From Macrostomum hystrix (Eukaryota > Animalia > Platyhelminthes): 64,000 nt of DNA. The stretch is from the NCBI GenBank assembly GCA_950097015.1, contig CATNEN010000003.1, positions 8,246,001 through 8,310,000 of the forward strand. The letters are read 5' to 3'. This document shows, piece by piece, positions 49,988 to 62,259 of the stretch. The translations under genes were made by a program, and so were the position numbers. Position 1 is the stretch's first letter, and each line of letters opens with the position of its first letter. Below the pieces are notes generated by a model. That model was not told where the DNA came from and did not search any database. It saw only the letters and a program-made list of their open reading frames with translations.

Positions 49988-52900
49988 TTAACCAATCGAA
50001 TGCGGCGTAGCATTGTTGCCATTAGCAACAGGCGCCAAACCGATAGGAGCTAAATTGACTTGAATCTGCGAATGATGGTGCTGGGACTGCTGAATGAGCT
50101 GCTGCAACTGGCTGCCTTGAATGACATGCAGAATGCGGGGCGCCTGCGGCGGCTGCTGCTGCTGCACAGGATGTCCGGGCGTGTTAAAATCAGTTGTCTT
50201 CTGTTGAATAGTGATTGGCAGGCCAATATTCATAGCGCCGTGCTGCGTCACAACGACGTGAGAAGCAGCTGCGCCGTTAGCTGTAACAGAATGTGCCATA
50301 TTCTCATGCAGGTGAGCCGACGATGAGCACATGGAATTAGGGGCTGGGACCGGCTGGTGGGCACGGACATAGTCAACTAGAAGGCGCTCCATTTGGCCCT
50401 GATTTCCCTGCTGGAGCTGCTGCTGCTGCTGCAAGTGCTGTGCCATCACAGACTGGACAGAAACTAAAGATATTTGGCGGAGATTAAAATCAATCAGCAT
50501 CTTCGCTATGGGAAGATAATAGTGTGAATCTGGTGATCTGGGAAGTTGTTAGCTTCAATCTGAGGATCTGGGAAGCCGGTAGCTTCAAACTGGGGATCTA
50601 GGAAGCCGGTAGCTTTAAACTGGGGATCTAGGAAGCCGGTGGCTTCAAACTGGGGATCTAGGAAGCCGGTAGCTTTAAACTGGGGATCTAGGAAGCCGGT
50701 AGCTTTAAACTGGGGATCTAGGAAGCCGGTGGCTTTAAACTGGGGATCTAGGAAGCCGGTAGCTTTAAACTGGGGATCTAGGAAGCCGGTAGCTTTAAAC
50801 TGGGGATCTAGGAAGCCGGTGGCTTCAAACTGGGGATCTAGGAAGCCGGTAGCTTTAAACTGGGGATCTAGGAAGCCGGTAGCTTTAAACTGGGGATCTA
50901 GGAAGCCGGTGGCTTCAAACTGGGGATCTAGGAAGCCGGTAGCTTTAAACTGGGGATCTAGGAAGCCGGTAGCTTTAAACTGAGGATCTAGGAAGCCGGT
51001 AGCTTTAAACTGGGGATCTAGGAAGCCGGTGGCTTTAAACTGGGGATCTAGGAAGCCGGTAGCTTTAAACTGGGGATCTAGGAAGCCGGTAGCTTTAAAC
51101 TGGGGATCTAGGAAGCCGGTGGCTTCAAACTGGGGATCTAGGAAGACGGTAGCTTTAAACTGGGGATCTAGGAAGCCGGTAGCTTTAAACTGGGGATCTA
51201 GGAAGCCGGTGGCTTTAAACTGGGGATCTAGGAAGCCGGTGGCTTCAAACTGGGGATCTAGGAAGACGGTAGCTTTAAACTGTGGATCTAGGAAGCCGGT
51301 AGCTTTAAACTGGGGATCTAGGAAGCCGGTAGCTTTAAACTGGGGATCTAGGAAGCCGGTAGCTTTAAACTGGGGATCTAGGAAGCCGGTGGCTTCAAAC
51401 TGGGGATCTAGGAAGCCGGTAGCTTTAAACTGGGGATCTAGGAAGCCGGTAGCTTTAAACTGAGGATCTAGGAAGCCGGTAGCTTTAAACTGGGGATCTA
51501 GGAAGCCGGTGGCTTTAAACTGGGGATCTAGGAAGCCGGTAGCTTTAAACTGGGGATCTAGGAAGCCGGTAGCTTTAAACTGGGGATCTAGGAAGCCGGT
51601 GGCTTCAAACTGGGGATCTAGGAAGACGGTAGCTTTAAACTGGGGATCTAGGAAGCCGGTAGCTTTAAACTGGGGATCTAGGAAGCCGGTGGCTTTAAAC
51701 TGGGGATCTAGGAAGCCGGTGGCTTCAAACTGGGGATCTAGGAAGACGGTAGCTTTAAACTGGGGATCTAGGAAGCCGGTAGCTTTAAACTGGGGATCTA
51801 GGAAGCCGGTAGCTTTAAACTGGGGATCTAGGAAGCCGGTAGCTTTAAACTGGGGATCTAGGAAGCCGGTAGCTTCAAACTGGGGATCTAGGAAGCCGGT
51901 AGCTTTAAACTGGGGATCTAGGAAGCCGGTAGCTTTAAACTGGGGATCTAGGAAGCCGGTAGCTTCAAACTGGGGATCTAGGAAGACGGTAGCTTTAAAC
52001 TGGGGATCTAGGAAGCCGGTAGCTTTAAACTGGGGATCTAGGAAGCCGGTAGCTTCAAACTGGGGATCTAGGAAGCCGGTAGCTTCAAACTGGGGATCTA
52101 GGAAGCCGGTAGCTTCAAACTGGGGATCTAGGAAGCCGGTAGCTTCAAACTGGGGATCTAGGAAGACGGTAGCTTTAAACTGTGGATCTAGGAAGCCGGT
52201 AGCTTTAAACTGGGGATCTAGGAAGCCGGTAGCTTTAAACTGTGGATCTAGGAAGCCGGTAGCTTTAAACTGTGGATCTAGGAAGACGGTAGCTTTAAAC
52301 TGGGGATCTAGGAAGCCGGTAGCTTCAAACTGGGGATCTAGGAAGCCGGTAGCTTTAAACTGGGGATCTAGGAAGCCGGTAGCTTCAAACTGGGGATCAA
52401 GGAAGCCGGTATCTTTAAACTGAGGATCTAGGAAGCCGGTAGCTTCAAACTGGGGATCTGGGAAGCTGCTAGCTTCTATATGAGGATCTGGAAAGCCGGT
52501 AGCTTCAATCTGGGGATCTGGGAAGCTGGTAGCTTCAATCTGAGGATCTGGAAAGCCGGTAGCTTCAATCTGGGGATCTGGGAAGCTGGTAGCTTTAAAC
52601 TGAGGATCTAGGAAGCCGGTAGCTTCAATCTGGGGATCTGGGAAGCTGGTAGCTTCAATCTGAGGATCTGGAAAGCCGGTAGCTTCAATCTGGGGATCTG
52701 GGAAGCTGGTAGCTTTAAACTGAGGATCTAGGAAGCCGGTAGCTTCAAACTGGGGATCTGGGAAGCTGCTAGCTTCTATCTGAGGATCTGGAAAGCCGGT
52801 AGCTTCAATCTGGGGATCTGGGAAGCTGGTAGCTTCAATCTGAGGATCTGGAAAGCCGGTAGCTTCAATCTGGGGATCTAGGAGGTGTTAGATTCAATCT

Positions 52901-53192
52901 GATGATCTGGGGATTAAAGAAATTTCCTTTTAAATCATGCTGCGTTTTAACTTATTTATTACAAAACATAAATTAAACCTTGTTGAATGTGCTGCTGTTG
53001 CTGCAGCTGCTGATGCGTCTGACGTGTCGGCACTGGACGTTTCCATTCCAATGGCAGGCATCCGCCAGAGGTGGCCCCGGCACGACCAATCTGGTCATAG
53101 AGCTGCATCAGCACTGAGCTGGGGGGCCCGCCAGACTCGCGAAATACCCTGTTAGGCGACTCTTCATCGCTGTCGCTAAGACAAAAATAATC
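49988..53192 (-). CDS. PAGR1/PA1-like N-terminal motif protein with a Gln-rich C-terminal exon; exons 53192-52979 (1-nt frameshift at 53147-53149) and 50463-49988
   Basis: DYFCLSDSDEE then VWRAPSSVLMQLYDQIG...LPLEWKRP resembles the PA1 pattern (SDEE...W.P...LY....L.LEW), recalled rather than searched. The two parts join if the G3 run is G4. Donor G|GTTTAA and acceptor TTTAG|TT are both phase 1. No genomic ATG found. Confidence 0.55.
50530..52900. repeat. 30-bp minisatellite (AGCTTTAAACTGGGGATCTAGGAAGCCGGT)n filling the intron of the PAGR1-like gene
   Basis: Exact 30-bp register, with a 480-bp higher-order duplication (rare TGAGG variant at 50981 and 51461). Confidence 0.97.
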
Positions 53193-53353
53193 CTGAAGAT
53201 TTCATTCAAAAATTCAAAACTTGTATGAAGTATACAGACAACAATTAAAAAACAATAGGCTTGCTTGCATTTAGTTGGACTAGAAACTTGCCTTAAATCA
53301 TAGAGATGATGAAGTGTCTACAAGTCTTGGTCACTATGTTTATCCACCCTCTT

Positions 53354-53436
53354 AGACCCTGGACACTTTGTCATCTGGATGTGGTCTGGATGTCATCCAG
53401 ATGAAAAAAAAGCAGATGACAAAGTGTCCAAGAACC
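53354..53436. mobile_element. Tiny inverted-repeat element related to the Merlin-type MITE ends
   Basis: TGGACACTTTGTCATCTG ... CAGATGACAAAGTGTCCA. No TSD recognisable. Confidence 0.55.
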
Positions 53437-53654
53437 AAGCAAAGATACATGCACTTATGGGATCTGACATCTGGGTATTTGACTATGTTCATAGTGCTAC
53501 CAATTAGTACAAGCTAGTTACAAAGTAGCTATTGCCATTTTTTAACACTATGGAAATTAACATTTGAAATGAACTTATATACATTTAAATGGTAAACTTT
53601 ACTATTATTAAGATCTTTAAGCAGTAAGTAGTAATTTTCAATTTAAGTAGAAAT

Positions 53655-53935
53655 CATACATGCGCAACACCCAGCCGACCCGGCCGAACCAGCCGGGTGA
53701 AACGAGGGCCAAGCAAGGTAAGTCGCAAAAACCAATTGACCAAGCGCAAAAAAATCAAAGGGGGGACCAAGGGACAAAAAAGGAAGGCGTGAAGAAAAGG
53801 AAAAAGGGGAGAGAAAAAGAGAGCAAATGAGAGCAAACTAAGTCGTAATTAGAGCAATGAAATGAACTAAGTCGCAAATGAGAGCAAAAACTAAGTCGCA
53901 CGGCCGGCTAAGATTTGGGAGGTTGCGCATGTATG
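53655..53935. mobile_element. 281-bp MITE, probably hAT superfamily
   Basis: Perfect 14-bp TIR CATACATGCGCAAC/GTTGCGCATGTATG. 8-bp TSD GTAGAAAT at 53647-53654 and 53936-53943. Confidence 0.9.
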
Positions 53936-54669
53936 GTAGAAATGATCTTTTTTATTTTAATCAATTGAACCAAATTTCCTATAAACCAAAAACACAACCA
54001 TCATCCCAAATGGAATAGTTGACAAATGGTGCCTATACATCCATTATACTAAAATTCAATTTGTGACTTTGCAATGCTAAACCCAATGAGAACTAGGAGA
54101 CTTTGAAATAAAAAATTAAAGACAAGTCTGCAGGCAGACAAAAAGGCGGCAGACAAAATGACATGCACATCTAATATGCAGCCAAATTAGTACTTTAAAT
54201 CTGAGGATAGCTGTTTATCAGAGTTAAAACTTCTTAGAAGTAATCTTCAGCAGGTACAATGCCAATGGTATTAGTTTATGAATTGGAAACAAGGATAAAT
54301 AAATAATAAATGAATTTTTATCAATGCATTAATAGATATTAACAATTAATATATAATATAAAATATAAAAACATAACATTTCACATTTCCAAAACAATAA
54401 ATATTTTTTTCTTCTTTTGTTATTCCTTTTAGATGCATAGACAACACTAGCATACCAGCCTGATATTTATATTGTTCTAAATATCAGTGTAGGCATTGCA
54501 TATTGTGGCATTGGTGTAACTAATATGGCAATGTTCTACTTCCGTTAGTTATATTATTTTTTTGTTTGCAAACGACAGATAACAACAAAAAACAAGTTAA
54601 TGGTAACAAAAAGTCAGTAGTTTGGTCAGACAGTTCTGAAAAGTCTTGGTCAGTCTTTCTTCTTTCAAA

Positions 54670-54812
54670 CCGGGTAAGTGCCTAATCCAGTAGAGGAGGG
54701 CACCAAAGCTATTCTTGGGGTAGGGCCTATAGACAGCACCATAAGAATTCTTTGAGGTGGCTTTCAAATAGAGCAGCACTCGTACCATGCATTTGACGCA
54801 GCTTGGCCTTCA
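54670..54812 (-). pseudogene. Probable Merlin/IS1595-like transposase C-terminal remnant
   Basis: KAKLRQMHGTSAALFESHLKEFLW followed, in another frame, by PKNSFGALLYWIRHLP. Resembles the K..L...hG.S...l..yl.EF.wR C-terminus of Merlin/ISXO2 transposases. Confidence 0.5.
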
Positions 54813-55053
54813 CAAAATCTTCAGCTGCAGAATTTCTGTGCCTTAGCTTCCTGTTCCCCTATATTTGCCAGATTTTGCTATAGACATAGATCCAAGTGTC
54901 AAGTCACGGCAAAGCCACGTCAGCACAACTTTTCATACTTAGAATGCACATGTGGCATGAATTCAAACAAAAAATAATATAACAAACCGAAGTAGAATAT
55001 TGCCACTAATATTGCACTGGGAATAAATTGCATTGGGTGCCAATGCCAAAAAG

Positions 55054-55517
55054 GGATCCTAGACACTTCCTCATCTTACAACTTTGTCATCCACGTGGAA
55101 GGTAGGACACTTTGTCATCCAGCCAATTGGCATGCTTTAAAGTTTGGTCAGTTTGTCATCTACTAATAACAAGCAACAAAGTTTGTCATCAATAAAGTGA
55201 GTGTGGGGTGGTGGGGCAGTGGTGTGAACACACTTCACACTATAAATTGTCAAAAAGAGGTGTCAGAACTGATTTCAATATAAGAGTTGAAAGATAGGTG
55301 CCAGAACAATGTGAGGAGGGGTGGTTCTGTTATAACTTTGAAAGCTTTTGTTTTATAGATAACAAAGTGTCCGTGTAAGTGTAAGTCTCTTTGACATACA
55401 CCCAAGTCCAAGAGATGACAACAGCAGCAGAAATATTGGAACTGATATCCAACTGAAATATTGGACAGATCGTCATCTGGATGACGATGTTGTAAGACGA
55501 CGAAGTGTCCAGGTACC
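55054..55517. mobile_element. 464-bp Merlin-type MITE
   Basis: ~38-bp imperfect TIRs starting GG (GGATCCTAGACACTTCCTCATCTTACAAC vs GGTACCTGGACACTTCGTCGTCTTACAAC). 8-bp TSD CCAAAAAG at 55046-55053 and 55518-55525. Subterminal TTTGTCATC repeats. Confidence 0.82.
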
Positions 55518-58456
55518 CCAAAAAGCACTCCTCATCCCAGGAGCTGTACTGAAGAGCACTGACTGACCAGTACAGGAATGCCTGGTGCCAAAATGCCCTG
55601 GTACCTAAATATGTTTACCAACACTTAATATCAATTGACCTAGTTAGATGGTTGATTAGACCTAGTTATGTTGCCTTTGTTCAGTTCTAGAATCTTGTTA
55701 TAGATTTTTAATTCTAGAGGCTAGTTCTTGAGGCTAAACTGCTATAATGACCAAAGTTTTAAAGGAAAACATAGATTTTAAATTAGATAGTTATATTTGT
55801 CGTTGTCGGTCAACTCAATATATTTAGGCTTACTAAAGTTATCAACATTAACAGCAATAGCTACTTTAGCTTTCTATTTAGCCTTGCGGTATGGCAACAA
55901 TTCGGCACTTCAGCACTGGAATTAAAAAAAATGTGTCATAGCAGCGTTTCTCTGAAAATTGCTATTTAAAGAATATATGAAAATCACTTTCAAAATTTAT
56001 AATAAGCTTTTAAAGTAGTTATTAAAAAGAAAATGCTCGTTGTCTTAAAAAGAAAGAAGTATGGTAATACATACATTCTAAGCCCTAAAAAAATAAGTAA
56101 ACATTTGTTTTACGTTTGCATTTTGCAGTTTTAAAAAATTTTACAAAGTGCGCTCAAGTGCTATCATTTTCCTGTGTGCGTGTGTTGGCTCAGTTTTTTT
56201 TCTAATTCATATATTGTCACCTGCTTCGTGGATGTTTTAAAAATGGAGCCGCAAGTAGCACTGTCTCTGTCAGCTAAAACTTCTACAATGTGAAAGATAT
56301 AGTTAGGCTCTATAAAACATTTGTAGACCTAAAAAACAACTTAGGAGTTGTCCATGTTGTTTGGCCATTAGCATATCTACTTAATTATTTTTTAAGCTAA
56401 TAATCTGTACTCTATATAAATTTTAAAAGCTTTTTAATATAAAACGTATAAGCACGTAGTCAGTAAAGGTAAAAGAGAGAAGATGCTGGGGTGTAGCCTT
56501 AGCTGGCTACTGGCTACATATTTTCATTTATGTTTTTCTTACACATAAACAGCAGAAAGCAGACACACTGGCTACTGTGGCTAGCTGTATTTAGTTAAAT
56601 AATTTAATTTATATGTGACTTAATTAGTTTAGTTTCATTTAAAGTAATAAAAACAGGTATATAGTATATAATATATGGGTATAGGCGCCTATTGTACATG
56701 TATGTATATGTAGTATATATGCATATGCATTTAAATTTAATTTGACAGAAAATTATGCTCAAAGCTCAAATCTGTAATTATTGTTTAAAATTAGCTATTT
56801 AAAAGTCTCAACTTTAGGTTAAGTCTCTTGCATTGCACATATGTCCACCACAATGACATTGATTAGGATTTGGCCCTATTATAATATTGAATTGATTTAT
56901 TGAATTTGAATTATTTTTTATATATTAATTATTAATGGCATACCAGCTAGGTTTTGCTACCTACTGGGTAGCCTCCCTTGAGTTCTTATTAGTGCATTAT
57001 CAAAACTGGTTCTGATGCAATCATAAAAATTGACACTGGAGCCTCACTATGCTCAAGCTGAAAACAAGAATGCATTAGAAAAGCCTATTTAAAACTGTTT
57101 TTCGAATATTTAATCCCCTTGGCAATGGAATTAAACTTAATAAAAATATGTGTACCGATTCGGGCCCATTTGTGATCTTTTGGCCAAGGAATTTTGAAAA
57201 TCAGTTGAGCCATTCGGGAGCTAGGTCTAGTCAATTGCAAACATACAAGCAAGATTTTCATTTTTAGTATATAAAAAAATAAGATAAGATTTACTCTGAA
57301 ATTAGTAGTAAATGAATATAACATATACATGTAGTGTACATTTTTTTGTCATTTTGCAAATGTTTATAAGAAATAGGGCTCTTAAAATGTTTTTCATAAG
57401 TTAGTTAGCGAATGTTCTTAAGCAATTTTCTAGTTAGTAGGCTTAATTAATTTATCTCCTCTCTAAGGAGCTCATGTATTCTTACTTTTTATGGTCTATT
57501 TAACTAAAATAAAATTCTCTAACCTCTTGTAGCTTTGTATACCATCTCTTAATTAATTAATGTAATTCTCTCATTCAAAGTTTGCATCTTAACAATCTAA
57601 ATATGATAAGATATTTAGCCTCTTTAATATACTCTATAGTAGACACAATATACTGAGATAGGGTCCCATTTTCTTAGAAATCATTTCCTGCGCAATTTTT
57701 TTTTTCTACGAAACTTTTGTTTAACTGCACCAAATTGTTAAATCGCACCAAAAATATAATGTTTTAATGAAGTTGCGGAGGTGAGGAGGAGGAGAAGTTT
57801 TTAGTATAAATACAAATATGCAAAAAGTGAAGAATCAACCCACTCTCGTTTGAGAAGGAGTTAAAAGTGAAGAAAGCTTGAATCTTGAAGTGTTCATATT
57901 GAAGTTATTTGAGAAAGAGACATTGCCAAAGAGATGTAAATAGAGTGAAGAAAAGCTGTAAATCTAGATCCATTGGTAAAGCCCAAGGACGGACTGAAGA
58001 TTGAATTAAAGATGGATAAAGAGTGATAAAAAACTGATAAAGATGGATAAAGTTTGTAGCCAATGTAGCCAATTGTGCTTTCTAATGCAAAGAAATGTAG
58101 TTGCCTATCAAGAACTAATATTTTTCTTTCAATGGAAAATTAAACTTTTTGCTTTAGTACTTAGGCATTGAGTATTTAATGCATTTGAACAATTGTATAT
58201 ATTTTGAGGTGTGTGCACATATTAAGGTAAATTAAGTCAAATAACATGTGTTATCATGTGATATGTTAATAATGAAATTTGTTTATAATGTCAGATTTTA
58301 AGATAATCATGAATGGCTTTGGCACCATTTGTACATTACCTAAAGTCTTATAATCTTATAAGTCTTTGGTTTTTACTTAAAATTCTAACATTTTAGAATT
58401 GCTTATTTCAGTTATGCCCATTGTAGGCAATTAACCAAACATTGTCAAGTCCAGGA

Positions 58457-60654
58457 ATGTCAGAGAGACAATCCAAACATCAACAGCAGCAGCATCAGCA
58501 TCAAAATGAGCCATTTATGTCCAAGTCAATGACAATAGCCTCAGTTGTGGCGGCCTATTGGATAGTGTCTATTTCCTTGGTGTTTGTCAACAAGTATCTA
58601 CTTAGTAGCCAGACATTAAAATTAGATGCTCCATATTTTGTTACTTGGTTTCAGTGTCTGGTTTCTTTGCTGCTTTGTGGTGTTCTCAGAGGCTTCTCAC
58701 TTGCTGCGCCAAATCTTATTGCATTTCCATCTATTAGGGTGAGAAGAATATTATTTTTAACCCAATCACTGACACTATTACTACATTCACCATATTACAA
58801 ACAGACTTACTTCATCCATCATAATGCAGGCACTCCCTCATCATTGGGTAACACTGGACCCGCAGTCAGCAATGTAGCAATTCTGCCCATTCTGACGCCT
58901 AAACACACACGCACACAGATACTGTATGCAGGTACACACTCACTCAGGTGTGTACATCTGCCCTGACTTTCTCATCGTCAGGCAGTGAACACTCTCAATG
59001 TGCCTTGGAGGTTGGCCCTTAAGAGCGTAAATTGCGCAACAAGCCCCCAAGTCTTCTCTCCGCGACTGCCTATTAACTAATTAATTAGTTAATTACTTAA
59101 TTAACTAATTAATTGCCTCATCAATTAATACAAACAGACTGTTAATTCAACATATGTCAGCCACGTACAATAATTGTTTCTCTAAATAAAAATTGTCAAT
59201 TTATTTTTCAATCGTCTAGATTGATCCCCGAGTGTGTCGCGATGTGGCTCCTCTCTCGCTTGTATTTGTTGGCATGATCACCTTTAATAATCTCTGCCTG
59301 AAGGATGTCGGCATTAGTTTCTACTATGCTGGTCGTTCGTTTACCACGGTATTCAATGCACTACTGTCCTACGTTATTTTGGGACAGACCACTTCATTTC
59401 GAGCTGGTATCTGCTGCGCATTCATTGTTGTGGGATTTCTGCTCGGTGTTGATCAGGAAAAAGTGTCCGGTTAGTAACAAGTTTTGTTGTTCTTCGTTGT
59501 CACTTTTAACTCAATGCTAGACAGTTAGCTAACCTGTTATAATTAGTAAACTATTTAAACATGAATCCCATTGGGTCTATTCTAATAATCCAATGTGTTT
59601 ATTTTGATTTCCAGTGTCATTTGGGATCAGATTTGTTATACAGGCATCACATCTGTTCTAACTAGCCTACTAGTTATACAAGCATCACATCTGTTCTAAC
59701 TAGCCTACTAGTTATACAGGCATCACATCTGTTCTAACTAGCCTACTAGTTATACAGGCATCACATCTTTTCTAACTAGCTTACTAGTTAGACAAGTATC
59801 ACGCATGGTCTAATTAGCCTACTTGTTAGACAGGCTTCACACCTGTTCTAACTAGCCTACTAGTTAGACGGGCATCACACATGTTCTGATTAGCCTACTA
59901 ATTAGACGGGCATCACACATGGTCTAATTAGCCTACTAGTTAGACGGGCATCACACATGGTCTAATTAGCCTACTTGTTAAGCTGTTAATTATCCAATTC
60001 AAGAAAGTGATAAATTAAGCAGTGAAATTATTTTGCCTCATTAACCTAGGCTCATTATCCGTATCTGGTGTGATCTACGGCCTATTAGCGTCTCTATTTG
60101 TCGCCTTAAATGCAATCTACACTAAAAAGATTCTGCCTACAGTGGACAATAGCGTGTGGAAGCTGACTCTATACAATAATTTCAATGCCAGTTTAGCATT
60201 TCTACCATTATTAGTTCTGAGTGGAGATGCTTGGCATGTGGCTAGATTTCCAGCCATAGGTTTGCCCCACTTCTGGTTAATATTATTCGGCTCGGGTATT
60301 CTCGGCTTTGCGATTGGCTACGTTACGGGATTACAGATCCAGTACACTAGTCCTCTGACGCACAATGTTAGCGGCACTGCCAAGGCGTGCACTCAAACTG
60401 TCCTGGGCTACGTGATTTACGCTGAGGTCAAGACAGCACTATGGTGGCTGAGCAATGTCTTGGTACTATTGTCTTCATTCGGCTACACAATTGTTAAACG
60501 TCAAGAGATGCTGGCTAGTCATCGAGCTGAACTCAACGATAGATTAGCCACAATGACGTCATCATTGAGCAGCCTGGAAGACGGCGGCAAGCTAGGCGAA
60601 TGTGACAAGGTCGACGACGATGATGGCGTCGATGTCAAATTAGGCAAAAAATGA
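58457..60654 (+). CDS. SLC35C1: Golgi GDP-fucose transporter, 3 exons: 58457-58738, 59220-59469, 60050-60654, 378 aa
   Basis: Motifs [55 protein letters not shown] and phase-consistent. Confidence 0.93.
58820..59070 (-). mobile_element. SINE family A, 5'-truncated copy in SLC35C1 intron 1
   Basis: Colinear similarity to the other copies. The tRNA head is missing. Confidence 0.85.
59633..59980. repeat. ~39-bp minisatellite in SLC35C1 intron 2
   Basis: Unit GTTATACAGGCATCACATCTGTTCTAACTAGCCTACTA and variants. Confidence 0.92.
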
Positions 60655-62259
60655 GAAGATTTCCGCTTGATAAAATAGCTATGCAGTTATAACGAAAGAA
60701 ATTAAAGTTGCAAATAATAGCAATTTACTATCTTTTTTTATAGTTGTAATTTTTCCAGCTTTTTGGCAATCGAGAATTTTCTACAATACATGCTTAAAAT
60801 AAAAAGAATTCGATTTTCGTAACTCCTGTTCTTTAATAAATAATAAATTCATTTATTTCATTGTTCAATTCAAGACTTGAACAGTAGTTCTTGCATCGTT
60901 CGAGTGTTTCTATCATTCCAATATTTCTCTTTCTGATCTTAGCGATTCCTGGAATCAGATCAATTTGTTGTGATCAAAATTGCACTCCAATTTCCTCTAT
61001 TTATATCAACCATTTTTTCTTTTTAAAAAGTGTACGTTTTATTAGCCTATTAGTTTAGTAACAATACGAATATGATAATAATTAGTTGTCATAAACAGCT
61101 TTACAGATCTGCTCAATGCAGTCAGTTATTACATAGTACTATAGCTTCCATATATTAGCCTAACATTACTACTGTAAGTGTAATGCTGGTGTTTTTTACT
61201 AATTATTTTCAATTGTAGCTTCCAGCACTGCAGCTTTAGTACGATTTGTATTATAGCAAATAATAATATATCCTATTGCTAATTTGCACTCTCAATTAAA
61301 AATTAGCTGTTATCTTAAATGCAGCTGCAAATTATCTTATCATTCGAGTTTTTTGTTAATTATTATTTTTTTTCGCGCCTCTCTTTTTTGTGTCTACGTA
61401 CTTTTATTCTGTTTGATGCACTTTTCGACGTCCTGTGGACAACAAACTGTGTACGCGCATTGTAGCATTTTTTAACAATGATGGACTCTAATGATTTGAG
61501 TTATGGAAAATTTAATGGAATACATTATATATATATGTAAAGGTATATATTTGAAGGTCAGAAAGTAAAGTAAGCAATTTAGAAAATTTTACGGAGGATT
61601 ACGAATTGGAATCTTAGTTCTAAACTGGGAATATAATTTGTAAAGCCAGTTTAAGGAATTTGAAATAATAATTATTATTTATGGAATTTAGGATTTAGGA
61701 TTAGGATTTTTCATGGAATTAGAATTCCCGATTAGGATTTACGATTTAGGATTCTAGGATTTAAAAAATCAGATGGCCATTTTTACTCTGAAAACAGTCG
61801 AGACAGATTCAATATTAAATCGAAAGTAAAAAATGCTGTTAAACAGACTTTTTTCATTCAATATCTAGTTCGTCTTATGTTTGTCAGTTTTTTTCTATAC
61901 TACTGTTCATTTAAAATGCAATTTTAGTTAGATGTCTATTTTCGTTTATATAGTCTATGGTAGAAACTAGTGGGCTGGCCTACCTGTCCTAAAATTATAG
62001 TTGCAGTGACTGTATAAAAAAATCGTCACTAATCTGGTATCCAAATTCCAAACATATAGTCTATGGCCTAATCAGTCGTTTTAATATAATAGAAAATAGA
62101 CGTAGGTGAAGTTTAGGGTTCAATAAAATATCTTTATTTTATCCAATGAAATGGACATATAATGTCGTTCGACCACTTCGCCAGATAACTTCTATGGTTA
62201 TAACTGTTTCAGCCATTTTTGCCCGAGCTCTAATAGAAGCGCCAGGAGTTTACCGAGAC

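Noticed and set aside
50639-52423. ALNWGSRKPV repeat ORFs (also those at 23789-24424 and 47601-48508)
   Set aside because: Translations of tandem repeats.
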